Shown here piece after piece: positions 33,997-45,055 of a stretch of 64,000 nucleotides of DNA. How positions within the stretch are numbered: the first letter of the stretch is position 1; every line of letters begins with the position of its first letter. The stretch lies in the NCBI GenBank assembly GCA_963695855.1, contig CAVOHZ010000010.1, positions 1,728,001 through 1,792,000 of the forward strand. Direction: 5' to 3'. A program made the position numbers and the translations under genes. Under the pieces are notes generated by a model. The model made no database searches. It worked only from the letters and a program-made list of their open reading frames with translations, and was not told where the DNA came from. Source of the stretch: an uncultured Nitrososphaerales archaeon. Lineage in GTDB: Archaea; Thermoproteota; Nitrososphaeria; Nitrososphaerales; Nitrososphaeraceae.

Positions 33997-35089
33997 TTAT
34001 TCACTGGTGACGAATTTAACTCCTTTCAACAGCAAACGAAGTGCGTCCAAGTCATCATTGTGGACACTCACATTTTTGTCAAGGTTCCATTCATTAGCAT
34101 AGGCAGTTTTTAGTGACAGGATTAATCTATCAAATCTGGAAGGTATAGCAAGTTTCTGTTTTGTTAAAAGTTGATATGTATGTTCCAGCATTTGTTTATG
34201 TTCCTTTGCAAAGGATACAGGTATAATAAAGTTGGATTCAGGACTTACGTTCTCAGAACGGTCCCAGTCTAAACTTTCACCGAATTTGGATTTACATTCA
34301 TTAACGGCAGCCCGGTTACTTCAATCCACAAACCACCATAGATTAGGAATTTCAGTATGGAGTTGAAATATACGGTCAGCAATTCTAGAGGGAGTTGTTT
34401 TGTCATATTCCTCTCCTAGGACGATTTTAACTATTTGATTTTCTGTATCGACTTCCCCGATGTATATAGTTGTAATGGATGTAGAGAAGCCGAAATCAAT
34501 TCCACCTTCATGAAGACAGTAGGGATTTATTGTCTGATCCTTCACTACTGTATTTCCTAGGTGGATCGCTTGTTCTATGTCAGAGATAGCAAAAACGTTA
34601 CCTATACGCCCCTGGTACTTGAGACAATACTCACGTTCAAAATATACTTCATTCTTTTCCCTTTCTATAAAATCTGAATCATATATTTTTCCTAAGCCTA
34701 CGGTATAATGGAGAAATATTTTTTTAAACGAATCTTTGAATATCTCATTCTTTTCTATCCTCGAAAACAGATAGTCTGGTCTGTTTGGTGTGCTCGCAAG
34801 AATGATTTTTGCTCTGCTCTTCTCTTCGTATGCCTTGATGACGTATTCTAGTTCGTTCTGTTCTGAGAATCTCTAAATGTAATTCGGGTTTATCTGGGTA
34901 TATCCAAAAAGGAATATCTTCTGTGTCTTCCAGGAATTTAGCAAATTTCTTCGTCGTGGTCCAGGTCTCGGTGAACCATGTTATCGATGGAATCTCCTGC
35001 TGCTGTTGTCCCGTTGTCGGTCTCAGTGCTAGGGGAATCAACGTCCTCTCTGCTAATCTGATATTGAATGGGATAGATTCGTTTGGCAT
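33997..35089 (-). pseudogene. terminase large subunit, internally deleted and with a nonsense codon
   Basis: LASTPN, GGIDFGFSTS and DDLDALR present; Walker A/B region missing at about 34860; GGA>TGA at 34321. Confidence 0.85.
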
Positions 35090-35549
35090 TCTCTTCCTTA
35101 TTCTTATCCTCCTTTTTGTCTATTAAATTTTTTATTGTTGCGATAATGGGTGTGACCATTCCGAGCGATGAAAGTTGTTGATTATTTGCTCTTAGCTCAG
35201 CAACCAATTTTACAATGAAGTTATTATCTTTTTGTAAGTCAGGCTTATTCATTTCAATATGCCATTGCTTCAATGTCTCTTTTTGTATCATTTCCATTTC
35301 CTGAATTCGTTTACGATAGAATTCTACAAAACCATGTCTAGCATAATATGATATCCATTGTATTGTAGTTTCGTCATTTAATACCTCGGATCTAAATTTT
35401 TTGTATGAGCCTTCAGAAAAGTCTAAATTCAATCTTGATTTAACATAATCTATAGTTTCTTGTTTACCAAGACCCATTATGTCAGAATCTAGCATACACT
35501 GCCTGATCAAATGTTTTTGTTCTTTGGTAAAATTTTTCTTTTTGGACAT
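34938..35549 (-). CDS. putative terminase small subunit (HTH plus helical region)
   Basis: position immediately upstream of and overlapping TerL; similar architecture to 58557-59054. Confidence 0.6.
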   Translation of the reverse strand: MSKKKNFTKEQKHLIRQCMLDSDIMGLGKQETIDYVKSRLNLDFSEGSYKKFRSEVLNDETTIQWISYYARHGFVEFYRKRIQEMEMIQKETLKQWHIEMNKPDLQKDNNFIVKLVAELRANNQQLSSLGMVTPIIATIKNLIDKKEDKNKEENAKRIYPIQYQISREDVDSPSTETDNGTTAAGDSIDNMVHRDLDHDEEIC

Positions 35550-35636
35550 AAGTTATGCTCACTTATAGTATTTTTTGGGCTTTTTCAACCAAGTATTTTC
35601 ATTTGTTCTCCAAAAAAAAAACTAACTAAATTAAAA

Positions 35637-35885
35637 TTATTTTCTGTTGGGGTCATCATCATTATATTCTTTTTTAATATTATTATTATTAGATTCATCA
35701 TCATTTTCTTCTTCTTTTGGTTTATTCCAATAAAATATATTTGAAGTACCGCATTTTCTACATTTGTTTGTGGATTTGACATAATCCTTCCAGTTCAAGA
35801 CTTTTCTATCAACTATAGTATGAACCTTATCGGGTTGTGAGATAACAATCTCTGCTTCGAACTTTCTGCAAGAAACTACACTCAT
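35637..35885 (-). CDS. small Zn-ribbon-like hypothetical protein
   Basis: CRKCG motif. Confidence 0.5.
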   Translation of the reverse strand: MSVVSCRKFEAEIVISQPDKVHTIVDRKVLNWKDYVKSTNKCRKCGTSNIFYWNKPKEEENDDESNNNNIKKEYNDDDPNRK

Positions 35886-36037
35886 GATAATAATATAATA
35901 TCGATTTCCTGATTAACTTATCTAAATTCTTCCAACAGAAATAAATGCGGAAAGAAAATTACTGAGAATGTTATGTTATAAGAAAAATAGTTAGTTTAAG
36001 TAAATTTTCTAACTTTCTACTTTCAATGAAACCTTTT

Positions 36038-36304
36038 CTATTGCATCATCATATAATTCGTTGTTCCAATAGCACAAACATCATACTCAGAATATGAAAA
36101 ATCATTTACATGAAATTCTAGTTTCTGTTTTTTCCCATCGACAACATTTATCTCTTGATTTTCATAGTTATTTGCTGATCTTAATGATATAATTATAATA
36201 TCATCAGGTATATCTTGATCAATTTTTACATTCACCTTTATTTCAAACGTAGGTTGTGTTTTCATGTATTCATCCCATTTTTCCTCAGTGGAAAACTCTC
36301 CCAA
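36038..36304 (-). CDS. hypothetical protein (fragment)
   Basis: 88-aa ORF, 5' end probably lost next to the IS. Confidence 0.4.
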   Translation of the reverse strand: MGEFSTEEKWDEYMKTQPTFEIKVNVKIDQDIPDDIIIISLRSANNYENQEINVVDGKKQKLEFHVNDFSYSEYDVCAIGTTNYMMMQ

Positions 36305-36499
36305 TTTGGATTATGAATATATAACTAAAATTAAAGATCATATGTTTCATTCTATCAAATGGCTAAACTAAACACAATTGGATAACTAAGATAATTGATG
36401 ATGCAATTCGAATGTTGACAGTCTATCATCATGTTTTGATGGTAACTTATCTAAAAAAAGAAAAAATTAATTATTGTAAATGGTAAATAGATATTATTA

Positions 36500-37139
36500 T
36501 CAAAAGAAATAGTTTATCATCAACATTATCAACAACAAAGAATGAGTCGTAATGTGACCTGTTTTTATAATTATCATGATGGTAGTGATCGTATTGGTGA
36601 TGATGATGATGCAATATGATCTATAATTATTCTTTCTACTATTGTTGTTATTGTAGTACATATTTTTACTACAACCAGAATATGTCAGTGTCTTTCTAAT
36701 GCTCATTCCGTTGTTTAATATTGTCCTTACCACTGCTAACCTTTCCTCCTTCCTGTTTCTAACGTTTTTTTAAATGCATCTATTGCTATTGTCTGCTCAC
36801 CAATGATCTTCTTTAGTCGCTCAATCTCTATTTCTTTATTCTTCTTGTTTATCATGTTGTCTTTACCGGAGTCTGAAAGTGCCATCTTACCACCTTCTAT
36901 AAATTTCTGTTTCCAGTTGTAGAACACATTTGGATTCAGATTGTACTTTCTGTATAGTTCTGCTACTGTGATATTTGTAGTCAATGATTCCATTACAATC
37001 CTTGTCTTGTCTTCTGGTGTCCACTTTCTAGTACTATTCTCTTTAACACCCTGCATCTGTATGACCTCCTCTATTAACACTATTAGGAGTAAAAAAGTCT
37101 CCATTACAAGGTGTTCTCATTTCAAATGGGTCCAGACCA
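36500..37139 (-). mobile_element. truncated IS3-family element (orfA intact at 36736-37104, orfB remnant)
   Basis: RKWTPEDKTRIV...FYNWKQKF...EIERLKKIIGE; orfB start SIRKTL...SKNMYY; terminus TGGTCTGGACCC at 37139. Confidence 0.8.
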
Positions 37140-37185
37140 AAATTTGGTAAAGTTAATTGATATAAATAACAGTTTTCATTCTAAC

Positions 37186-37779
37186 TCATTGAATAAACTC
37201 AAATGAATTTATTATCTTATCTGCTATTGTTACATATTGATTATACACATCAATATTAGGAGCATAAAATCTTAAATTGTATTCTATACCATCTGTGATT
37301 GTTCCAATGTGGATATATTGCGGATAACTTTCTTCATCTTTATAATCAGAATAAAACCAATTATTGTATACTATTTTATAGGCAGGTTTACCACCCAATG
37401 TAGATGCTTTATCAAAACTCACTAGTTTATTGAAATGAAAGTCTTTTGCTTTAAAATTTTTAATTTCTTGTAATTCTTGTTCTGCATATTGATCAAGTAT
37501 TAAAGTGTTATCGGACGGAAGAAATTCTATACTCATGGAAACAGATGGTCCAAGTAAATTTGAAATAGGTGAAAATTTACCTAGACTTTCGTGAGTATTA
37601 TCAAGGTAGTTAAAACCATCATATTTCCAATTGAAAGGATATTGAATCTTAAAACCATATTTTTCATTCTCATATGTTTGCATTGATTTTTGTGCGAATA
37701 TCGGATTTGAAATAACAACTGACATTGAAGATATCACGATTAGAATAGTTGGTAATAATATTAAGAATATCCTTTTCAA
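37186..37779 (-). CDS. secreted PsbP-like protein
   Basis: signal peptide; YENEKYGFKIQYP.NW; TLGGKPAYKIVY; IINSFEF. Confidence 0.8.
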   Translation of the reverse strand: MKRIFLILLPTILIVISSMSVVISNPIFAQKSMQTYENEKYGFKIQYPFNWKYDGFNYLDNTHESLGKFSPISNLLGPSVSMSIEFLPSDNTLILDQYAEQELQEIKNFKAKDFHFNKLVSFDKASTLGGKPAYKIVYNNWFYSDYKDEESYPQYIHIGTITDGIEYNLRFYAPNIDVYNQYVTIADKIINSFEFIQ

Positions 37780-38012
37780 TTAACGATACAAACAAATAAC
37801 AAATATAAAAATATATAATAGACTTTTTTCAGAATATTTTTCTTATTATCTATGGTGACTTTAATAGTAGAAATTAATATAAAAAAACTATTTTTAGAAA
37901 TTAAACATTCCTTAGAATCTAGTGTTTATTTGTAAAAAAGAATTTACTAAATCTAGTTAATTTGATATGATCTTATTTTAGTTAAAGAACCTTTAACTCT
38001 ATTTTATGATTA

Positions 38013-38110
38013 TCTATTTTTTACGTTTGGCTAATTTCTCTCTTAAGGCTTGTTCAAGAAATTCAGTAGCGGTAATACCTAGATCTATTGCTACTTTTGT
38101 GCCTTCTTCC
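38013..38110 (-). pseudogene. ribbon-helix-helix protein fragment
   Basis: KVAIDLGITATEFLEQALREKLAKRKK*. Confidence 0.5.
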
Positions 38111-38446
38111 GAGATTAATTTTAAAAAGTATGGTTCCTACAAAGATTTTAAAAAATTTGATGAGTTTTACTAATGTTAGATTATAGTTATTTTATTCCAA
38201 AATTTAATTTAAATATCACTCTTGATAGCAATATTAGTGCACAATCCGATGCTTCAGATTCAGATGGTTTTAAATTTTAAGTAATAGAAAGTAACACAAA
38301 TAGTAAAAAACTTGATGGGAAAAAAGCGTATGAATTAATATTTCAAAAAGCAGGCGTAGTTAGGCCTCTTTTATTATCCCATGGATAGGCAAGCACGGCA
38401 CATATTGTTAATGAAGTCAGATAGGCTTGAGTCCTTCTTACTATTC

Positions 38447-39601
38447 TCAAACAACAAACATTTTTTTGTCCATTAAAATGATGTATAACCTTCTGTAAGT
38501 ATTGTCAGTTTTTATTCTATATTGACTCAAAGGGCGTATTCCTTTACTTGCAACATTTTTCAATGCATAAGAAATTCTGTAGTTAAAGTCTCTAATAGAT
38601 GGTTCTAACCTCTCTACCTTATCGCATTTGTCTACCCATTCTTTTATTATTTGATAAGATTCGTCAATAGGTAACTTTTTAACATTAATAAGATACGGTG
38701 TTAATATCAAATCTAAAATTAACTTTCTGCGATCTTCAACTGGAGTCAATAATAATTTCTCTATCCAGGAATAATAATTCGAATGGGGGTTATAGATATT
38801 ATCACGATGTTTTTTATGTGAGTTACGTATTTTTTGTCTAAGATTATTTTCGTCAATCTTCTTTTGAATTAAATATTCACTAAATTCTTCTAACAGTTCC
38901 CGTGTCACACAAGGTCTATATCCGTTCCATTTCTGCACTATTGTAACAATTTCATTATTCTTTGCATTTACTGATCCTGGTATTCTTAACAAACATGACT
39001 TGAATGAAGGATAGTTATTTTTATCTGCTTTACCATTAGATAAATAATCTTTACAAAATCGAAGAAATTGCTCTGAAGGTTTATCATATTTTTCAAATTC
39101 TGTTATATATTCTAAAGCCTTTTTACAATAAACTGGCTGTAATATGTGGTATCCGTTGCCACTCCATAGAACTGTTGGAGATCCGTCTAACTTGTCTTTA
39201 ATATTTCTTAAAGTAGAAGATAGTGCAAGTTTAAAACTCCTATCAGTTTCAAAATTATTTCTATCCAAGTCAAAAAATAGGAAATTTGGTTTGTGTCTCT
39301 GAATTTCTTTATACGCTATCAAATAACAATAGGCGTTTATTCTACAGTCAACAAACTGAGAATCAATAAATGAGTTAATAATTTCCTGTTTAGTTCTTAC
39401 CAGAAATTGAAATTGGTTATTTTGTCGACTTTTGTAAGTTGATACCTTTCTAGGGAATAAAGGTTCTTCTAAGTGTGATAGAATAAAATCTAAACCTGAT
39501 TGTATCTCTTTAGCGGATGTAGGTGAATAGGTGAATACAGTGAATACGGCTGAAGTAGGGGATATGTCATTTTTATTATTTTTTTTTGTAGTTATTGACA
39601 T
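38447..39601 (-). CDS. archaeo-eukaryotic primase with PriX-like C-terminal domain
   Basis: FFDLD (DxD), SGNGYH, LLRIPGSVN; WIEKLL...EDRRKLILDLILTPYL. Confidence 0.85.
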   Translation of the reverse strand: MSITTKKNNKNDISPTSAVFTVFTYSPTSAKEIQSGLDFILSHLEEPLFPRKVSTYKSRQNNQFQFLVRTKQEIINSFIDSQFVDCRINAYCYLIAYKEIQRHKPNFLFFDLDRNNFETDRSFKLALSSTLRNIKDKLDGSPTVLWSGNGYHILQPVYCKKALEYITEFEKYDKPSEQFLRFCKDYLSNGKADKNNYPSFKSCLLRIPGSVNAKNNEIVTIVQKWNGYRPCVTRELLEEFSEYLIQKKIDENNLRQKIRNSHKKHRDNIYNPHSNYYSWIEKLLLTPVEDRRKLILDLILTPYLINVKKLPIDESYQIIKEWVDKCDKVERLEPSIRDFNYRISYALKNVASKGIRPLSQYRIKTDNTYRRLYIILMDKKMFVV

Positions 39602-39870
39602 GACTAATTATTAAATTCCTCCTTCTCCTTCTCCTTCTTCGAGATGGATTGGTCCATCAGGGGATAACTGGAATCCTTTAACAATAAGTTCAACTTCTTC
39701 TCCTGGTTGTTCTTGTAAAGTTTCTTCATCTTCTTCTCTTTCTAGTGATTCTTCGGTTTCGATTCCTGCTTCATTTTTTTCATTTTTTGATGATCCCCCT
39801 ATGCTGGCTGTATTCACCGTATTCACCCCTTCTCCATCACCTTCATCTTCACCTTCATCTTCACCTTCTT
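39521..39870. repeat. converging GTGAATAC-type iteron-like repeats (candidate origin)
   Basis: three copies on + at 39521-39550; inverted copies at 39808-39830 followed by TTCACCTTCATC repeats. Confidence 0.55.
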
Positions 39871-41695
39871 TGTTTTTTACTTCCTTAACTACAATCTTTG
39901 TCCTGTCTTCTTCTACCAATCTTTGGATTGTCTCAGGATCATAAGTCCAAACATTTCCTTTTTTAGTATGTTTTACTACTCCTCCAAACGAATCTCCTAG
40001 ATAATTAGACATTGTTGTTGTTCGATATATAGTGCCGTAATCATCTGTATGATATTCGTTAGGATTCTTTTCATTCAACATGCCTGGAATTTCATTCATT
40101 AGTTCGTCCCAGATACTTTTAGAAGAAAGTTTGGGTCCATTGAATTTAATTAAAGTCGCCACTATACGCAATAAGACAGATTCGATTGTCGATTCCTTCT
40201 TTTCGTTCTTGATATCCAGAAATTTCTGTAATGTTTCTATAACTTCATTCAAACATTTACATCCATAAAATAACTGAACCGAATGTTTCACTAACTGTTT
40301 ATCTCTACCTTCAACTCCAATATCCAAATCTGGAATTGGGTCATTGAAGTGTCTGAGTCGATAAACAAGTAATAATTTTCTATAATTCATTAATTCTTGA
40401 TATAGTTTGTCCTTCTGAGGCCCACCAACGTTTGAATCGGGATTCAAGACTTCCAGTATATCGTGTTTGGTGCTTCCCTTGACGCAATTTATTGGAAATG
40501 TTCTTGAATTAACACCTTTGGCAATGGACTGACTTAGTGATCTTTCAGACACAATAATCTTTGGACAATAACTAAAGAAATACTCAGGTTTCAAAGTGTA
40601 AGGATTTATTTTTGAAACTGTCCCATAATATGAAGATCCTGTCTTAAGCACGGCCATAAGTTCAGGCAATTTATCAATTTTATCTGCCTCTTCTAGAACC
40701 ATAGTACATTGGACAGGTTCTACGAACCCTAATAATCGGAATAAGTTCGCTGCACTCGGATCCGTCATCACGACTGTTTTATATGCTATAGCCCTGAAAG
40801 TCTCTGCTAATGAACTCTTACCACTTCCATTACCACCAACTGGATACAAATATTCAGTAGTGGGAAATCTATCTTGAAAATGTGATGTAATTATTTTAAT
40901 CGTTACTAATATCAATTTGTGTTTTGATTGATTGTTATATTTAGAAACAATTTCTAAACCATTATAGTAAAAATAATCAAGACCAATATTATTTTGTTCG
41001 AGAAATTTATTGTAACTATTAATTTCATCTAAACTTTCAAATTCAAGTCGTATATAGGGACATTCTTCGTATGTTGGAGGAACCAAGATCCGCGTCGTTT
41101 CTTCTATTTGGTTAGTTGATTCAAACTGATTTTTTTCAGCATTATACTTAATAAAAACAGGTTTTCCTTCTTCAATATAGACAGCCTCACGAAGATCCCC
41201 TTTTCCCATTCGAGAATATTTAAAAGTAGTAATTGGGCGTTTTGGTTTTTCTTTCTTTTCTAGTTCTTGGCTTTCTTCTTCTTCCTCCTCCTTTTCCTCT
41301 TTTGTTTGAGAAGATTCTTGATTGTAATTTGCTAGAAGGAGATCTTCATTATCATTCAGTAAACTCCTTAAACTCAATTTGTCATTAATATCATGAATTC
41401 CATATTCTTCGGCTTGTTCGAATAAGATTTTATAATTGTTTTGCCATTTCTTTTTATCAATTGTAAATAGTATGTCGTCATTTGTTGCGTGATTCAAAGG
41501 TATTCTTACATTTTCAGTATCTATATTATACGTAGGTGCATTTCTTATCAAACCACGAGCAATTGAGTTCTCATTTTGTTTTAAATGAATAATTTTCTCA
41601 TTAGTTTTAGAATTATGACCGTTGGTATCGGTATTATTGTTACTCATTTTTGGGATTTCCCTATGTCTTGATAATCCAGACCACGAGCTGACCAA
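39611..41695 (-). CDS. P-loop ATPase, putative replicative helicase
   Basis: Walker A GGNGSGKS, Walker B MVLEEAD, NSR; adjacent to the primase. Confidence 0.75.
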   Translation of the reverse strand: MVSSWSGLSRHREIPKMSNNNTDTNGHNSKTNEKIIHLKQNENSIARGLIRNAPTYNIDTENVRIPLNHATNDDILFTIDKKKWQNNYKILFEQAEEYGIHDINDKLSLRSLLNDNEDLLLANYNQESSQTKEEKEEEEEESQELEKKEKPKRPITTFKYSRMGKGDLREAVYIEEGKPVFIKYNAEKNQFESTNQIEETTRILVPPTYEECPYIRLEFESLDEINSYNKFLEQNNIGLDYFYYNGLEIVSKYNNQSKHKLILVTIKIITSHFQDRFPTTEYLYPVGGNGSGKSSLAETFRAIAYKTVVMTDPSAANLFRLLGFVEPVQCTMVLEEADKIDKLPELMAVLKTGSSYYGTVSKINPYTLKPEYFFSYCPKIIVSERSLSQSIAKGVNSRTFPINCVKGSTKHDILEVLNPDSNVGGPQKDKLYQELMNYRKLLLVYRLRHFNDPIPDLDIGVEGRDKQLVKHSVQLFYGCKCLNEVIETLQKFLDIKNEKKESTIESVLLRIVATLIKFNGPKLSSKSIWDELMNEIPGMLNEKNPNEYHTDDYGTIYRTTTMSNYLGDSFGGVVKHTKKGNVWTYDPETIQRLVEEDRTKIVVKEVKNKEGEDEGEDEGDGEGVNTVNTASIGGSSKNEKNEAGIETEESLEREEDEETLQEQPGEEVELIVKGFQLSPDGPIHLEEGEGEGGI

Positions 41696-41967
41696 CCATA
41701 CCGGGGAGCAACATACAATCTAATCATAACATCATGAAGGATTTCTGGTCTATTCAGGTATTGACATATATAAAATAAATTGTCTAATATATCTCTACGT
41801 AGTCCCTTCTTAACATCACTCTCAATGGCTCGTATTTCTTTCTGATATGAAGGATTGTTCAATAATGTTTGAAGGTCTTTAATTTTGGCTGTTAAGGAGA
41901 AACAATTATGTAGAACTTCAACACTATATTCAAATGAAGAATCCGATCCAATTTCTTCATATTTCAT
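41644..41967 (-). CDS. hypothetical protein
   Basis: lies in the operon between CopG and the ATPase. Confidence 0.6.
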   Translation of the reverse strand: MKYEEIGSDSSFEYSVEVLHNCFSLTAKIKDLQTLLNNPSYQKEIRAIESDVKKGLRRDILDNLFYICQYLNRPEILHDVMIRLYVAPRYGWSARGLDYQDIGKSQK

Positions 41968-42131
41968 TTTTTTAACACTTCCTCTTTATTTTTTAAACCC
42001 AACTCGATAAGACGTAAAATAAATCGAGATCGGTTCACGTCTCCCCTTTCTGAATCGATTTTTTCGACCAATTCTTCTGGTAGTGAAATGCCGATTGGGA
42101 TTGATTGTTTCTGAACATAAATATTGCTCAT
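41964..42131 (-). CDS. CopG/ribbon-helix-helix regulator (55 aa, below the ORF-track cutoff)
   Basis: MSNIYVQKQSIPIGISLPEELVEKIDSERGDVNRSRFILRLIELGL...; ATGA overlap with the next gene. Confidence 0.8.
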   Translation of the reverse strand: MSNIYVQKQSIPIGISLPEELVEKIDSERGDVNRSRFILRLIELGLKNKEEVLKK

Positions 42132-42182
42132 AATAATCGTAATCTTAATATTTTTAATAAGAGTAAGGTGTAGTACTACACT

Positions 42183-43346
42183 TTGAGACTATATGAAGAA
42201 ACTATTGACAAGTTGATTATAGAAATACTATATACAAGTAACAAATTAGCATTCGGGAAGTTAGAAGAAATATTAAAATCGCAATTAGACCATTTTTCTT
42301 ATAAAACATATGCTGGAAGATTGAATGCAATGAGTAATTCAGAAGAAGATAAAAATTCAAGATATGCAATTCAGCCAGTATTAGATAAAAGAGATGAAGG
42401 AAGAGGTAAAAATACATTTTATTCATTAACTAAAAATGCTAGAATTAGATGTGATTTAAAACTACCAATATTGAAGAGTGAGACCTTGATTGAGAAAGCA
42501 TATATAATATTATTTCGTTATCTGGCATTTGAAAATTTTTTACCTTATAGAAGATTGAAAGATGAAAATGATTATAACTCTTTTTTAAAGAAACTTAGTA
42601 TTAATAAAAATGAATTACAATTAGATGGAAAACCTAGTTATAACAGAAATCTCTATAAAGTTAGTAAATGGATACATCAACAATCAGAAATTAAAATTAG
42701 CCAGAGAGAATATCTTGAAGAATCTGATGATAATCATGAAAACTCTGAATATTATTATCAATTACCAGGAATTTCAATTAAAGAGTTTATAGCAAATAAA
42801 GAATCAGCAGGACTTGCATATGGACATCTTGATTTTAAAAATGAAGTGAATGAGTACTTTAAATTATTAGAAGACCAAAAAATAATTGAGAAAATAAAAT
42901 CTAAATATTTGATAATTCTAAATGAAGTAGACGATAGGTATAATATAATATCCATAAAAGGGAACAAATTAAAGAAGTTTTTAAAAGACTGTTGGCTTTT
43001 ACATGGTAGTGTAACACTATACTTGTATCAAAAATGGAAATGTATTCAAAGACCAACAGAGGAGGAAAAAATATGGTATGAACATTTATGGGGCAGACAA
43101 AGATCCAATCAAATCTTTACGGATTGTGATAAGGAAAGAGTGAAATTAAATAAAAGTAAAAATCAAAAATACAAACAAGATAAGGAAGATATTCAAAAAT
43201 TATTAAATCAAATAATAAAAAGTTTACAAAAAAAATACGAAACAATCAAAAATAAATATCCTGATATAATTGCTGAGGATTATTCATATTTAGCCAATCC
43301 TTTGCTTAATCTAGTCTATCCTCAATTCTTAAGACAAAAAGAGTAA
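42183..43346 (+). CDS. hypothetical protein with N-terminal winged-helix
   Basis: IIEIL...FGKL...SYKTY..RL...GRGKNTFYSLT; divergent from CopG. Confidence 0.65.
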   Translation: MRLYEETIDKLIIEILYTSNKLAFGKLEEILKSQLDHFSYKTYAGRLNAMSNSEEDKNSRYAIQPVLDKRDEGRGKNTFYSLTKNARIRCDLKLPILKSETLIEKAYIILFRYLAFENFLPYRRLKDENDYNSFLKKLSINKNELQLDGKPSYNRNLYKVSKWIHQQSEIKISQREYLEESDDNHENSEYYYQLPGISIKEFIANKESAGLAYGHLDFKNEVNEYFKLLEDQKIIEKIKSKYLIILNEVDDRYNIISIKGNKLKKFLKDCWLLHGSVTLYLYQKWKCIQRPTEEEKIWYEHLWGRQRSNQIFTDCDKERVKLNKSKNQKYKQDKEDIQKLLNQIIKSLQKKYETIKNKYPDIIAEDYSYLANPLLNLVYPQFLRQKE

Positions 43347-43458
43347 GTTATTTTTTTCTTATTATAGTCTGGAGAAAAATTAGAAATATCAGTTTAGGTA
43401 ATGCCTCCCTTAACTAAATCAAACAGACACAAAAATATTATAAAATTTATTTTAGAAA

Positions 43459-45048
43459 CTATTTTTTCTTATTGCCACCAGAAGAAGTAGGAGAAGCTGA
43501 AATTATCTTCCCGACTGCTTTATTGTTTATTTCTGGTTTTAACTCTATTCCTTTTACTATTCCTCTATTTTGTACATTGTCATCATAAAGAATTTTATTT
43601 TCAGGTTGACTTGCTAAAAATGCATTAAATCTATCAGCTAAAAATGCAACAGATCTCTTCAACTCTTCAATATCATTATCTTTTTGTTTTTGTTTTTCCA
43701 AGGTTTCTGTATAAGAATCATAAGATAATACCATTTTACATTTTATGCAGAATTTGCCATCAGGTTTATTAGGTTCTAAACAGTGAGGACATTGCTTTGA
43801 TTGTAACGATTGTGTTTCTTTATCTTCTGTTCTAATGATTCCCCTTTTCTGCAATAATATTTTTGAAGGTTCATTACTAAGATGAATGTAAACCTGAGGC
43901 ATTTTACTTGACATAGTCCATCCAGCATGAGATCTCAAAACCGCTTCTGTTAGAAATTGGCTCTTTTCAGTTAAGGCTGAATGTCTAAAGACATAGAGAT
44001 TCCAAGGCTTTGTAAGCATATTTTTTATTATTGCTTTATCAAAATCAGGAATAGTTTCATCTTTTAATAAAGAAGGAAAATATCGTTTTCTATAATATTC
44101 ATAATGACTTGATAAACCTTCATAGGTAAGTTTTGTTCCATGATTATTTCCTTGAGAAATAAAAATCCAAGAATCAGGGTTTGAATGAGTTGGATGTTCT
44201 TGAAGCCATTCTTTTAGATATGGCAAAGAATCAATTAGTGGAACTGTTCTTGAACTAGTCTTGCCTCCAGTGATTCTAACTTCAGCATATTGTATTCCTT
44301 CTTCATTAACCCGAAATTTAATATCTTTGATTTTGAGATTTAAAATCTCATTAGGTCTAGCAGACATATCATTTGCTAATGAATGATAACATCTATCCCT
44401 ACTGAAAGAACAATACTTCAAAAATATTACATGTTCTCTTGATTCCCAAATATCTGCTGGTTTGTAGGATGTCTTTTCTTTTCTGGGAAGTCGTTTTATA
44501 CCTTGCATACATAGAGGGGTATTTCTATTTCTATGATCTGGTTCATCTGGATTGTATAACCATCTAAAGAATTTTGTTAAAATTATCTGTCTACCATTAT
44601 ACGATCCAATCCATTTACTCGTTGGATCTTCCACTATTGGTTTCCTGAGAAAATTGAGAATATCATATTTTGTCATGTTTCTAAAAGATTTTTTATCTTG
44701 AAAATGGTTAGATAACCATGTTAGAACCTTTATTTTACTTTCTTTAGTTGAGTTTTGAATGTTTATTTCTATCTGTTCTGCAATAATATAATCACAAATA
44801 ATAGTTGCATTTTCTAAATTCTTTTTGACTAATTCCTTCAATATTTTATTGAAATATGGTCTAGATAGTCCATTTGTTATAGAATCTATCTTTCTTTCTA
44901 ATTCTTCTGTGTTGTTACTAAAAGAAGAAGAAAGATTTTTATTGTTATTTTCTTTGATTTGTGATTTTAGCAGAACCATGTCTCTTTTGCTTTTTGTCTC
45001 AATGACAAATTCTCTTTGCTTATTCTTATTCCTTTTTGTAGAACCCAC
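43459..45048 (-). CDS. tyrosine recombinase/integrase with C-terminal Zn ribbon
   Basis: SARPNE (R), GKT..R (K), YVFRHS, HAGW, PQVYIH (Y); CPHC..CIKC. Confidence 0.92.
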   Translation of the reverse strand: MGSTKRNKNKQREFVIETKSKRDMVLLKSQIKENNNKNLSSSFSNNTEELERKIDSITNGLSRPYFNKILKELVKKNLENATIICDYIIAEQIEINIQNSTKESKIKVLTWLSNHFQDKKSFRNMTKYDILNFLRKPIVEDPTSKWIGSYNGRQIILTKFFRWLYNPDEPDHRNRNTPLCMQGIKRLPRKEKTSYKPADIWESREHVIFLKYCSFSRDRCYHSLANDMSARPNEILNLKIKDIKFRVNEEGIQYAEVRITGGKTSSRTVPLIDSLPYLKEWLQEHPTHSNPDSWIFISQGNNHGTKLTYEGLSSHYEYYRKRYFPSLLKDETIPDFDKAIIKNMLTKPWNLYVFRHSALTEKSQFLTEAVLRSHAGWTMSSKMPQVYIHLSNEPSKILLQKRGIIRTEDKETQSLQSKQCPHCLEPNKPDGKFCIKCKMVLSYDSYTETLEKQKQKDNDIEELKRSVAFLADRFNAFLASQPENKILYDDNVQNRGIVKGIELKPEINNKAVGKIISASPTSSGGNKKK

Positions 45049-45055
45049 ATCCGAA

